A DNA stretch of 64,000 nucleotides from Gemmatimonadota bacterium (GTDB lineage Bacteria > Gemmatimonadota > Gemmatimonadetes > Palauibacterales > Palauibacteraceae), in contig JBATJK010000299.1 in assembly GCA_049668445.1 (NCBI GenBank), forward strand, positions 55,973-119,972, given 5' to 3'. The notes under the pieces were generated by a model. The model worked only from the letters and a program-made list of their open reading frames with translations, was not told the DNA's origin and did no database searches. Position 1 is the stretch's first letter. Each line of letters opens with the position of its first letter. Of this stretch, positions 18,771 to 26,208 are shown in pieces. A program made the position numbers and the translations under genes.

Positions 18771-19643
18771 ATGCGTAGACGGACTGCCGTAAAGACCCTG
18801 GCCCTTGCCGCCGGTTCCACACTGGCGGGAAAGAACCTGGCCCAGGCCAGCACTTCTGGCGGAGAAGAAAACCTCGCCGCCACGGCTGAGTCCGCCTCAA
18901 TCCTGGTGGATACGACCAAGTGCCTGGGGTGCAGGATGTGCGAGCGTGCCTGCGCCGAGGCCAATGGCCTGCCCGAGCCGGCGAAGTCAGTGGAGCCGGG
19001 AGAGCAGCGGGACACCACGGAAACCCAGTGGACGGTCGTCAACCGATATGAGACCGAGACCGGCCCGGTTAACGTCAAGCGCCAATGCATGCACTGCCTG
19101 CAGCCGGCCTGCGCCTCCGCATGCCTCACCCGGGCCATGTACAAGACGGACGCCGGGCCGGTGATCTGGAGGGGAGACAAGTGCATGGGTTGCCGCTTCT
19201 GCATGCTCTCCTGTCCGTTCGACGTTCCGAAGTTCGAATACCACAGCGCGAATCCGCGCATTCAGAAGTGCAGGATGTGCTTCGACCGCTTGCAGGAGGG
19301 CGACCTGCCGGCTTGTGTCTCGGGCTGCCCGGCGAAGGCGACCGCTTTCGGCACCCGGAGCGAGATGCTGGACCTCGCCTGGTCGAGGGTGTACGCGGAG
19401 CCCGACAAGTACGTCCACCACGTCTATGGTGAGCATGAGGCAGGTGGCACGGGAGTTCTGTACCTGGCCTCCGTGCCCTTCGACCAGCTCGGATTCCGCA
19501 CCGACCTGAGTCCGCAAGCGTATCCGACCTTCACCCGTGAATTCCTCTATTCGGTCCCGTTCATCCTGACGATGTTCCCGCCGTTCCTGCTCGCGGTCAG
19601 CAAGGCAACGGCCGGAAACCGCCAGGAGGGAGGGGAGGGCTGA
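18771..19643 (+). CDS. Tat-exported 4x[4Fe-4S] ferredoxin-type subunit with C-terminal TM anchor (HybA/DsrO/NrfC-like)
   Basis: AGGAGG precedes ATG 18771. Twin-arginine signal [15 protein letters not shown]. Four Cys clusters: [36 protein letters not shown] and CRMC...CVSGCP. C-terminal hydrophobic segment [18 protein letters not shown]. Confidence 0.85.
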   Translation: MRRRTAVKTLALAAGSTLAGKNLAQASTSGGEENLAATAESASILVDTTKCLGCRMCERACAEANGLPEPAKSVEPGEQRDTTETQWTVVNRYETETGPVNVKRQCMHCLQPACASACLTRAMYKTDAGPVIWRGDKCMGCRFCMLSCPFDVPKFEYHSANPRIQKCRMCFDRLQEGDLPACVSGCPAKATAFGTRSEMLDLAWSRVYAEPDKYVHHVYGEHEAGGTGVLYLASVPFDQLGFRTDLSPQAYPTFTREFLYSVPFILTMFPPFLLAVSKATAGNRQEGGEG

Positions 19644-19645
19644 TC

Positions 19646-20908
19646 ATGGCAACCGTAACTGCGGACACACCCGGATTCTGGAACGGGACCCGGCGCTTCG
19701 GTCGGTTTCTGGCCGGCGAAATGAAGCCTCGCGGGAAGATCATCACGCCCTTCAACGTGATCACGATCGCGATCATGGCCGTCGCTGCCGTGATCCTGTA
19801 CATCCGCTTCACGCAGGGCCTGGGAGCGGTCACCAACCTCTCGCAGGATGTTCCTTGGGGCCTGTGGATCGGCTTCGACGTAATCACTGGAGTCGCGTTC
19901 GCCGGGGGGGCCTACGTCCTCTGCTTCATGGTCTACATCCTGAACCAGGAGAAGTACCACCCCATCGTGCGCGTGACGGTTCTGAACGGCTTCCTGGCGT
20001 ACGTTTTCTATGCCGGGGCCTTGCTGCTCGACCTCGGACGCCCGTGGAACGTGATCAATCCGATCATCGGCAACTCGTTCGGCGTGAGTTCGGTCCTGTT
20101 CCTGGTCGCCTGGCACTTTCTCCTCTACATGACGGCGGAGCTCCTCGAGTTTGCACCGGCCATCGCCGAGTGGGCGGGTTGGCCCCGCCTGCGTCGCTGG
20201 CTGAACCGCCTGACGCTCGGAGCGGTGATCTTCGGCATTACGCTTTCCACCCTGCACCAATCGGGTCTCGGGGCCCTGTACATGATGGCCCGCGACAAGG
20301 TGCACCCGCTCTGGTACTCGGAGTTCATTCCAATCATGTTCTTCGTTTCGAGCATCTTCGCTGGACTCTCCATGGTGATCTTCGAGGGTTCGATCACGCA
20401 CCGCGTGTTCCACCACCGGGTCGGAGAAGACCTGGAGCGCTCCCACGACAGCATCGTCCGCGGCCTGGCGCGGATCTGCGCCGGGACCCTCTTCGTATAT
20501 CTGTTCCTGCAGGTGCTCGTGTTCGTACACGGACAGAAATGGGAGTACCTGGCAACGGGGTGGGGAGCCTGGTACCTGCTTGAGATGATCGGCTTTGTCC
20601 TCGTCCCCATCGGGTTCTTCCTTCATGGAGTGGCGAAGAAGCGTCCCCGGCTGATCGGTACGGCCGCGGTGCTGACCTTGATCGGGATCGTGCTCAACCG
20701 TCTCAACATCTCGGTGATCGCCTTCAAGTGGTACCTGCCGGTGCGCTACGTGCCCACCTGGCAGGAGATCGTCGTCACACTCGCCGTCCTGTCGGCCGAG
20801 ATCTGGGTGTTCCGCTGGGTGGTCAACCGGATGCCGGTCCTGGACTCCAGTCATGTACGAGCGGAGGCAGTTGAGGAGGCCGACCATGCGCCGGCTTCCG
20901 CAGCCTGA
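19646..20908 (+). CDS. NrfD/HybB/DsrP/PsrC-type polytopic membrane (quinone-interacting) subunit
   Basis: ATG 19646 lies 2 nt after the upstream stop. The protein is 420 aa with about 10 TM segments. Its N-terminal PFNVITIAIMAVAAVILYIRF...GLWIGFDVITGVAFAGG is typical of the NrfD family. Confidence 0.85.
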   Translation: MATVTADTPGFWNGTRRFGRFLAGEMKPRGKIITPFNVITIAIMAVAAVILYIRFTQGLGAVTNLSQDVPWGLWIGFDVITGVAFAGGAYVLCFMVYILNQEKYHPIVRVTVLNGFLAYVFYAGALLLDLGRPWNVINPIIGNSFGVSSVLFLVAWHFLLYMTAELLEFAPAIAEWAGWPRLRRWLNRLTLGAVIFGITLSTLHQSGLGALYMMARDKVHPLWYSEFIPIMFFVSSIFAGLSMVIFEGSITHRVFHHRVGEDLERSHDSIVRGLARICAGTLFVYLFLQVLVFVHGQKWEYLATGWGAWYLLEMIGFVLVPIGFFLHGVAKKRPRLIGTAAVLTLIGIVLNRLNISVIAFKWYLPVRYVPTWQEIVVTLAVLSAEIWVFRWVVNRMPVLDSSHVRAEAVEEADHAPASAA

Positions 20909-20920
20909 GAGGTGAGACCA

Positions 20921-21619
20921 ATGGAAGGCATGGGTGCAGTGGATATCTTCGCGACAAAGGGGATCGAGTACCTGATCGTAATCGGCTTCCTGGTCGCCCT
21001 CGTGTTCTACTGGAAGCTGCTGGGCAGCACGGAGCCCAGCCCCGTTCCCAGTACCTCGAGACGGTCGGGCAGGGGTTGGTTCTCGGCTCCGCGAGACTAC
21101 CTGTTCCACCCGGGACACGCATGGGCAGCCCACGAGGGGAATCGCGTATTCCGCGTGGGCATGGATGACTTCGCGCAGCAACTGATTGGCGAGCCATCCG
21201 CACTCGAGCTGCCGAGCCCCGGAGAGCATCTGAGGCAAGGAGAGCTGGGCTGGACCGTGAAGGTCGGCCCTCGTGCCGTGCGGATGTTGTCCCCTGTCGA
21301 TGGAGTCGTCGAATCGGTCAACCCGGAAGTCGGCGGTTCACCGGGAATCGTGAATGACGACCCGTATGAGGGGGGCTGGCTGATGAAGGTCCGTGTGGCC
21401 GACGCCGACCAGCCCAGACGCAACCTTCTCGCGGCCGACATGGCCAGGGAATGGCTCGACCGGGCCGCCGAAGGCCTGCGGACCATGTGGACGCGGGAAC
21501 TGGGAGTGGCCCTGCCCGATGGTGGCGCCCCCGTGAAGGGGTTCGGGCGAGCGATGTCGGAGGACCACTGGGACGAACTGGCGGAGGAACTTCTCCTCAG
21601 TTCGAGCCTGCCGGAATAG
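20921..21619 (+). CDS. membrane-anchored GcvH-family protein, paralog D, lacking the lipoyl-lysine
   Basis: ATG 20921 (alternative GTG 20912) lies 12 nt after the NrfD-like stop. The TM is IEYLIVIGFLVALVFYWKLL. The GcvH signature is FHPGHAWA...VGMDDFAQQLIG...SPVDGVVESVNPEV...NDDPYEGGWLMKVRV. Pro occupies the lipoyl-Lys position. Confidence 0.7.
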   Translation: MEGMGAVDIFATKGIEYLIVIGFLVALVFYWKLLGSTEPSPVPSTSRRSGRGWFSAPRDYLFHPGHAWAAHEGNRVFRVGMDDFAQQLIGEPSALELPSPGEHLRQGELGWTVKVGPRAVRMLSPVDGVVESVNPEVGGSPGIVNDDPYEGGWLMKVRVADADQPRRNLLAADMAREWLDRAAEGLRTMWTRELGVALPDGGAPVKGFGRAMSEDHWDELAEELLLSSSLPE

Positions 21620-21670
21620 CAGGGACCAGGCGAGCACGAGGACGTTCACGCACAGACCTGGGAGCTTGAG

Positions 21671-22471
21671 ATGGTTACTGCGGGGATGGCAAGACAGCCC
21701 GAAGAAGCGCTTCCCTGCATCTGGGTACTGTCCGGTGTGCTGAGTTATCACTTGTGCGATCGCAACTACGAGTGCGATGGGTGTGAGTTGTATCACGCTC
21801 TCAGCGGAGAAGGAAGAGCATCCTGTCACCACGCCGAAGGGACTTCGCCGGGGTCGATCGACATACTCGACGCGGCGTCGCCCTCGGGGCAGGCCAGCTC
21901 ACACCTTTCGCACTTGCTGGCGGGGTGCCGGCTGTATCTCGACCGACCCTACAGGCCCCCGCACTTCTGGCTCACGCAAACCGAGGGGGATCTGGTCACC
22001 GTAGGCCTGGACGGGTCTCTTCTGCGCATGCTCCGTCCGATTCGCCGGGTCGTGAGTCCTGGGCCGGGGCTCTACCTGGAGCGGGATCAGCCGTGCGGCT
22101 GGATAGCCAGGGAGCACATGGCCGTGCCGCTGAAGATGCCGATCGCCGGAGAAGTTGTTGAAGCCAACTCGACCTTTGCGGCAGCAGACGAGCCGTGCCG
22201 ACTCCCCGATGGCGACGACTGGTTGTTCCGGGTCCGCCCAGCCGAGTCGCTGGAGGCGGTTTCGGGCATCGTGAACGCTGAAGGTACTCTGGCCTGGTAC
22301 GCCGATCGTCTGCGAACCGTCAAGCGGGCGATCCTGCAATCGCTTTCCGTACCTGAGGGATCAACCGTGGGGCCGGTTCTGGCGGACGGTGGGGCCCCGC
22401 TGTCCTCCCTGGAGCGTGTTCTGGGCACGAAGGCATTCGAGGAACTGATCGCCGCCATCGCGCACGGCTGA
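21671..22471 (+). CDS. soluble GcvH-fold protein, paralog E, with N-terminal C-x12-C-x5-C-x2-C motif
   Basis: ATG 21671. The N-terminus is PCIWVLSGVLSYHLCDRNYECDGCELY. The core is HFWLTQTEGDLVTVGLD...MPIAGEVVEAN...DDWLFRVRP. The C-terminal LADGGAPL...FEELI is shared with paralogs A and D. Confidence 0.6.
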   Translation: MVTAGMARQPEEALPCIWVLSGVLSYHLCDRNYECDGCELYHALSGEGRASCHHAEGTSPGSIDILDAASPSGQASSHLSHLLAGCRLYLDRPYRPPHFWLTQTEGDLVTVGLDGSLLRMLRPIRRVVSPGPGLYLERDQPCGWIAREHMAVPLKMPIAGEVVEANSTFAAADEPCRLPDGDDWLFRVRPAESLEAVSGIVNAEGTLAWYADRLRTVKRAILQSLSVPEGSTVGPVLADGGAPLSSLERVLGTKAFEELIAAIAHG

Positions 22472-22649
22472 GGACTCGACCGCCCTCGCAGTACAAGAAG
22501 ATCTGCACTACTCGAACCCTCTCCCCCGGGCACGTATTGTGCAAGGATTCAACACCGCAGAACGCGTTCGCTGCTGATCCGCCGGACAGTGCCCCCTTCG
22601 CACTTCCATGGCCGTCGATTGGGCCTGCGGCGCTAAAGCGAGGCATTGC

Positions 22650-24308
22650 ATGGGCAAGCCTGCCTGGACCTCGGTTCTGAAGTCTGCCATCAGCATACGA
22701 CTGTTCGCGATCCTCTTCCTCTCGATCCTCGGGCTGTTCTTCATCTATACGAGCATCTGTAACCACTATCGGGACACAATGACACTGGAACTCGTTCGCT
22801 CCGAGGCGTTTCGGGCCAGTAGCTTCATCAAGAAGAGCCTCGAAGTGGAGATGATGGAGAAGGAGCGGGAGCACATCCACCGCACGGTGCGTCAGCTGGG
22901 CGCCGAGCCGGGTATGGAAGGGATCCGGATCTACAATGACCGAGGGCAAATACGGTTCTCCAGCCTGGCCGACGAGATCGGTACGAGTGTGCCGCTCGAC
23001 TCGGATGCCTGCCGCGCCTGCCACGGCAGCGGCGATCCGCCAAGCGTTCTTCCGAGCGGAGAGCAGGGGCAGATCTACACCCGTGGAGATCAGGGCCGGG
23101 TTCTCGGGATCCTGAACCCGATCCTCAACGAGCCGAACTGCGCGACGGCAGGGTGCCATGATCCGGACCAGAAAGTGCTCGGCGTTCTCGACGTCCAGCT
23201 CTCACTGGCCACCGTCGATGCGGCCATGTCGGCGGCGACCTGGCGCAGCGGACTCGTCGGACTGGCAATCATCTTCGTGTCTGCCCTGGTGATCGCCCTC
23301 ATCGTCTACAACGCCATCCATATTCCGGCCAAGAAACTGCAGCTCGGCACGGAGGCCCTCGCCGCAGGGAACCTCGACGTATCGATCGATCTGAAGCGCT
23401 CGGACGAGCTGGGGCAGCTGGCCCGTTCATTCAACGAAATGGCCCGCAGTCTCAAGACCGCAGACGCCGAGCTGCGGGATTGGTCACAAACGCTGGAAGA
23501 CCGGGTGACCGAGAAGACCGCTGAACTCGAGTCGATCAGTCGGCAGATGATCCAGGTGGAGCGGGCCGCCTCACTCGGCCGCATGGCGGCGACCGTGGCC
23601 CATGAGCTCAACAACCCGCTCTCCGGCATCGTGACCTACTCCCGCGTGATCGCCCGCAAGGTCGAGAAGGACATGGAAGAGGGGGAGCGCCGGGACAAGA
23701 TCGTCGAGGAGTTGGATCTGATCCGCTCCGAGTCGATGCGGTGCGGCCGAATCGTGAAGGACCTCCTCACGTATGCCCGTGAGTCGCCTCACGAGTTCAA
23801 GGCCGAGCACCTGCACGAGCTGGTCGAACGCGTCACAAACCTGGCCGGGCATCATCTGCAGCTCGGTTCGGTCGAGGTGACCGTGCTGCCAGACCTGGCC
23901 AACGACACGGTGGTGTGCGACGGCGATCAGATCGTTCAGGCACTGCTGGCGCTGATGATCAACGCCGTGGAGGCGATGCCGGAAGGTGGCCAACTCACGC
24001 TCCGCACCGCGCCGGGTGAATCCGATCCCGAGAGAAACGTGCTGCTGGCCGTCGAGGATACCGGGAGCGGCATCCCGGAGGCCATCCGGGGCCGGATCTT
24101 CGACCCCTTCTTCAGTACGAAGGCGGAGACCAGTGGCGTCGGGCTCGGGCTCGCCGTCGTGTACGGCATCATCAGCCGCCACGGTGGCACCATTCGCGTT
24201 GAATCCGGGCCTGGACCCGGCACCACCTTCCTGATCGAACTGCCCCGCGAGCCGGTCACGGCTCCTCCATCCACGTATGAGCTGGACATCAACGAGTGGC
24301 GGACATGA
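22650..24308 (+). CDS. sensor histidine kinase (TM - periplasmic loop with CXXCH and CX4CH motifs - TM - HAMP - HisKA - HATPase)
   Basis: Two TM segments flank a loop of about 165 aa that contains CRACH and CATAGCH. The HAMP domain reads LAAGNLDVSIDLKRSDELGQLARSFNEMA. The H-box is AATVAHELNNPLSGI. The G-boxes are EDTGSGIP and GVGLGLAVVYGI. The start is ATG 22650, or 22608. Confidence 0.85.
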   Translation: MGKPAWTSVLKSAISIRLFAILFLSILGLFFIYTSICNHYRDTMTLELVRSEAFRASSFIKKSLEVEMMEKEREHIHRTVRQLGAEPGMEGIRIYNDRGQIRFSSLADEIGTSVPLDSDACRACHGSGDPPSVLPSGEQGQIYTRGDQGRVLGILNPILNEPNCATAGCHDPDQKVLGVLDVQLSLATVDAAMSAATWRSGLVGLAIIFVSALVIALIVYNAIHIPAKKLQLGTEALAAGNLDVSIDLKRSDELGQLARSFNEMARSLKTADAELRDWSQTLEDRVTEKTAELESISRQMIQVERAASLGRMAATVAHELNNPLSGIVTYSRVIARKVEKDMEEGERRDKIVEELDLIRSESMRCGRIVKDLLTYARESPHEFKAEHLHELVERVTNLAGHHLQLGSVEVTVLPDLANDTVVCDGDQIVQALLALMINAVEAMPEGGQLTLRTAPGESDPERNVLLAVEDTGSGIPEAIRGRIFDPFFSTKAETSGVGLGLAVVYGIISRHGGTIRVESGPGPGTTFLIELPREPVTAPPSTYELDINEWRT

Positions 24309-25648
24309 AGAACGGCAAGAAGATACTGATCGTGGACGATGAGATGTCGGTCCGGAACTCTCTGCGGGAGTGGTTTCTCGAGGACGGATTCGCGGTGGAG
24401 ACCGCCGAGGATGGCAACGCTGCCCTGCAGCGGATGCACTCCGGACCCTACGACATCGTGATCATCGATCTCAAGATGCCGGGGATGGACGGAATCACGC
24501 TGGAACGACGTATCCGCGAGATCGACAAGGACGCCGCCATCATCATCCTCACGGCCTTTGCCTCGGTAGAAACGGCCGTAGAGGCCCTGAAATTGGGTGC
24601 GTTCGACTACGTGACCAAACCCGTCGACCCCGACGAGCTCTCCAACACGGTCCGCAACGCTCTCAAACAGCGTCAGCTCGAGGCTGAGAATACGCGCCTC
24701 AAAGCGAAGGTCTCCGAGCTCACGCTACCGTCGCCGATCATTGGCGACAGTTCGAGAATGCGCCGGGTCCTCGACATGATCTCGACCGTCGCGGGAACGG
24801 ACGCCAACGTGGTGATCCGGGGGGAGAGCGGAACAGGGAAGGAGTTGATCGCCAGGGCTATCCACACCCAGAGCGAGCGACGCTTCTTCCCGATCGTGGC
24901 GGTCAACTGCGGCTCGATCCCGGAGACTCTCCTGGAGAGCGAACTCTTCGGTCACGAGAAGGGGGCGTTTACGGGCGCCCAGTACCGCAGGAAGGGGAAG
25001 ATCGAGCTGGCGCATGGGGGTACGCTGTTCCTCGACGAGATCGGCGACATACCGACGAAGATGCAGGTCGACCTGCTCCGAGTGCTGGAGACCAGGCGAT
25101 TCCATCGGCTGGGGGGCAACCAGGAGATCACCTCCGACTTCAGGCTGGTCTGCGCCACGAATCGTGACCTGGAGGCCCTGATCGAGGAGGGCAGTTTCAG
25201 GGAGGACTTGTACTATCGGATCAACGTATTCGTGATCGACTTGCCCCCGCTTCGCGATCGTCCCGAGGACATTCCGGCGCTCACCCGTCACTTCATCGAG
25301 AAGTACGCTCATGCGATGGGTAAGCCCGTGAAGGAAATATCTCCGGAGGTAGAGGCGTTACTGGTCTCGTATGCCTGGCCTGGGAACGTGCGCGAGTTGG
25401 AGAACGCGGTGGAACGGGCGATGGTGATCGGTCGGGAGCCCTCCGTTCAGCCGGAGGACCTGCCAGTGCCCCTGGCCCGCTCGGAAGCGGAACCGGAGGG
25501 CTCGACGCTGGCGGCCATCGAGCGGCGTCATATTGAGCGCGTGCTCCGGGCAGAGCAGGGGAATATCACCCGAGCGGCTGCGGCGCTCGGCATCGATCGG
25601 GGCACGCTCTACAACAAACTCCGACGCTACGACATTGAGCGCACTTAG
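24305..25648 (+). CDS. sigma-54-dependent response regulator (NtrC/ZraR family: REC - AAA+ - Fis HTH)
   Basis: ATG 24305 overlaps the kinase stop (ATGA). REC domain KILIVDDE...DIVIIDLKMPGMDG. Walker A GESGTGKE. GAFTGA motif EKGAFTGA. HTH TRAAAALGIDRGTLYNKLRRY. Confidence 0.9.
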   Translation: MKNGKKILIVDDEMSVRNSLREWFLEDGFAVETAEDGNAALQRMHSGPYDIVIIDLKMPGMDGITLERRIREIDKDAAIIILTAFASVETAVEALKLGAFDYVTKPVDPDELSNTVRNALKQRQLEAENTRLKAKVSELTLPSPIIGDSSRMRRVLDMISTVAGTDANVVIRGESGTGKELIARAIHTQSERRFFPIVAVNCGSIPETLLESELFGHEKGAFTGAQYRRKGKIELAHGGTLFLDEIGDIPTKMQVDLLRVLETRRFHRLGGNQEITSDFRLVCATNRDLEALIEEGSFREDLYYRINVFVIDLPPLRDRPEDIPALTRHFIEKYAHAMGKPVKEISPEVEALLVSYAWPGNVRELENAVERAMVIGREPSVQPEDLPVPLARSEAEPEGSTLAAIERRHIERVLRAEQGNITRAAAALGIDRGTLYNKLRRYDIERT

Positions 25649-26202
25649 TGGTCACTCGCATTGAGCTCGGCTTTCTCAACGGGTACGCTCCGTCCTGGGC
25701 GGAGCGCATCGTAGAGGGATCGGCCCTGGTCCTGGGGTACCCGGTGGGGGCGGTCGAGCTAGAGATGGAGTTGCCGAGGTACTATTCGGCCGACCGGGGG
25801 CAGTACAACGCCACTTTGATCCTGGCCGGGCTGCTGCGGTATCACTCGGACCCCGAGAGCAAGATCGTCGGAATCACCCGAGTGGACTTGTTTATTCCCG
25901 TTCTCACGTTCGTGTTCGGGCAGGCGCAGCTCGACGGGCCGGGGGCTCTCGTATCCACACACAGGTTGCGCAACGAGTATTACGGACTCCCGCGCGATCG
26001 CGAGCGACTGGTGGACCGCACGATCAAGGAAGTGGTCCACGAGGTAGGGCACTCTTTCGGCCTGGTCCATTGCCAGGACTACAGCTGCGTGATGCACGCC
26101 GCCACCTACGTGGAGGACGTGGACCTCAAGTCCTCGCGTTTCTGCGCGTCCTGCGAGTCGCAGCTTCACAAAGATGCAATACGACCCCGAGAGACCGTCT
26201 GA
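25648..26202 (+). CDS. archaemetzincin-family zinc metallopeptidase (M54)
   Basis: GTG 25648 overlaps the regulator stop (TAGTG). HEVGHSFGLVHCQDYSCVMH...FCASC fits HEXXHXXGX3CX4CXM...CXXC. Confidence 0.8.
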   Translation: MVTRIELGFLNGYAPSWAERIVEGSALVLGYPVGAVELEMELPRYYSADRGQYNATLILAGLLRYHSDPESKIVGITRVDLFIPVLTFVFGQAQLDGPGALVSTHRLRNEYYGLPRDRERLVDRTIKEVVHEVGHSFGLVHCQDYSCVMHAATYVEDVDLKSSRFCASCESQLHKDAIRPRETV

Positions 26203-26208
26203 CGCCCT

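Noticed and set aside
19547-21238. A 563-aa minus-strand ORF across the NrfD-like gene and GcvH-like paralog D.
   Set aside because: It is antisense to two genes with clear family signatures. It has no recognisable domain and a skewed D/E/H/R composition.
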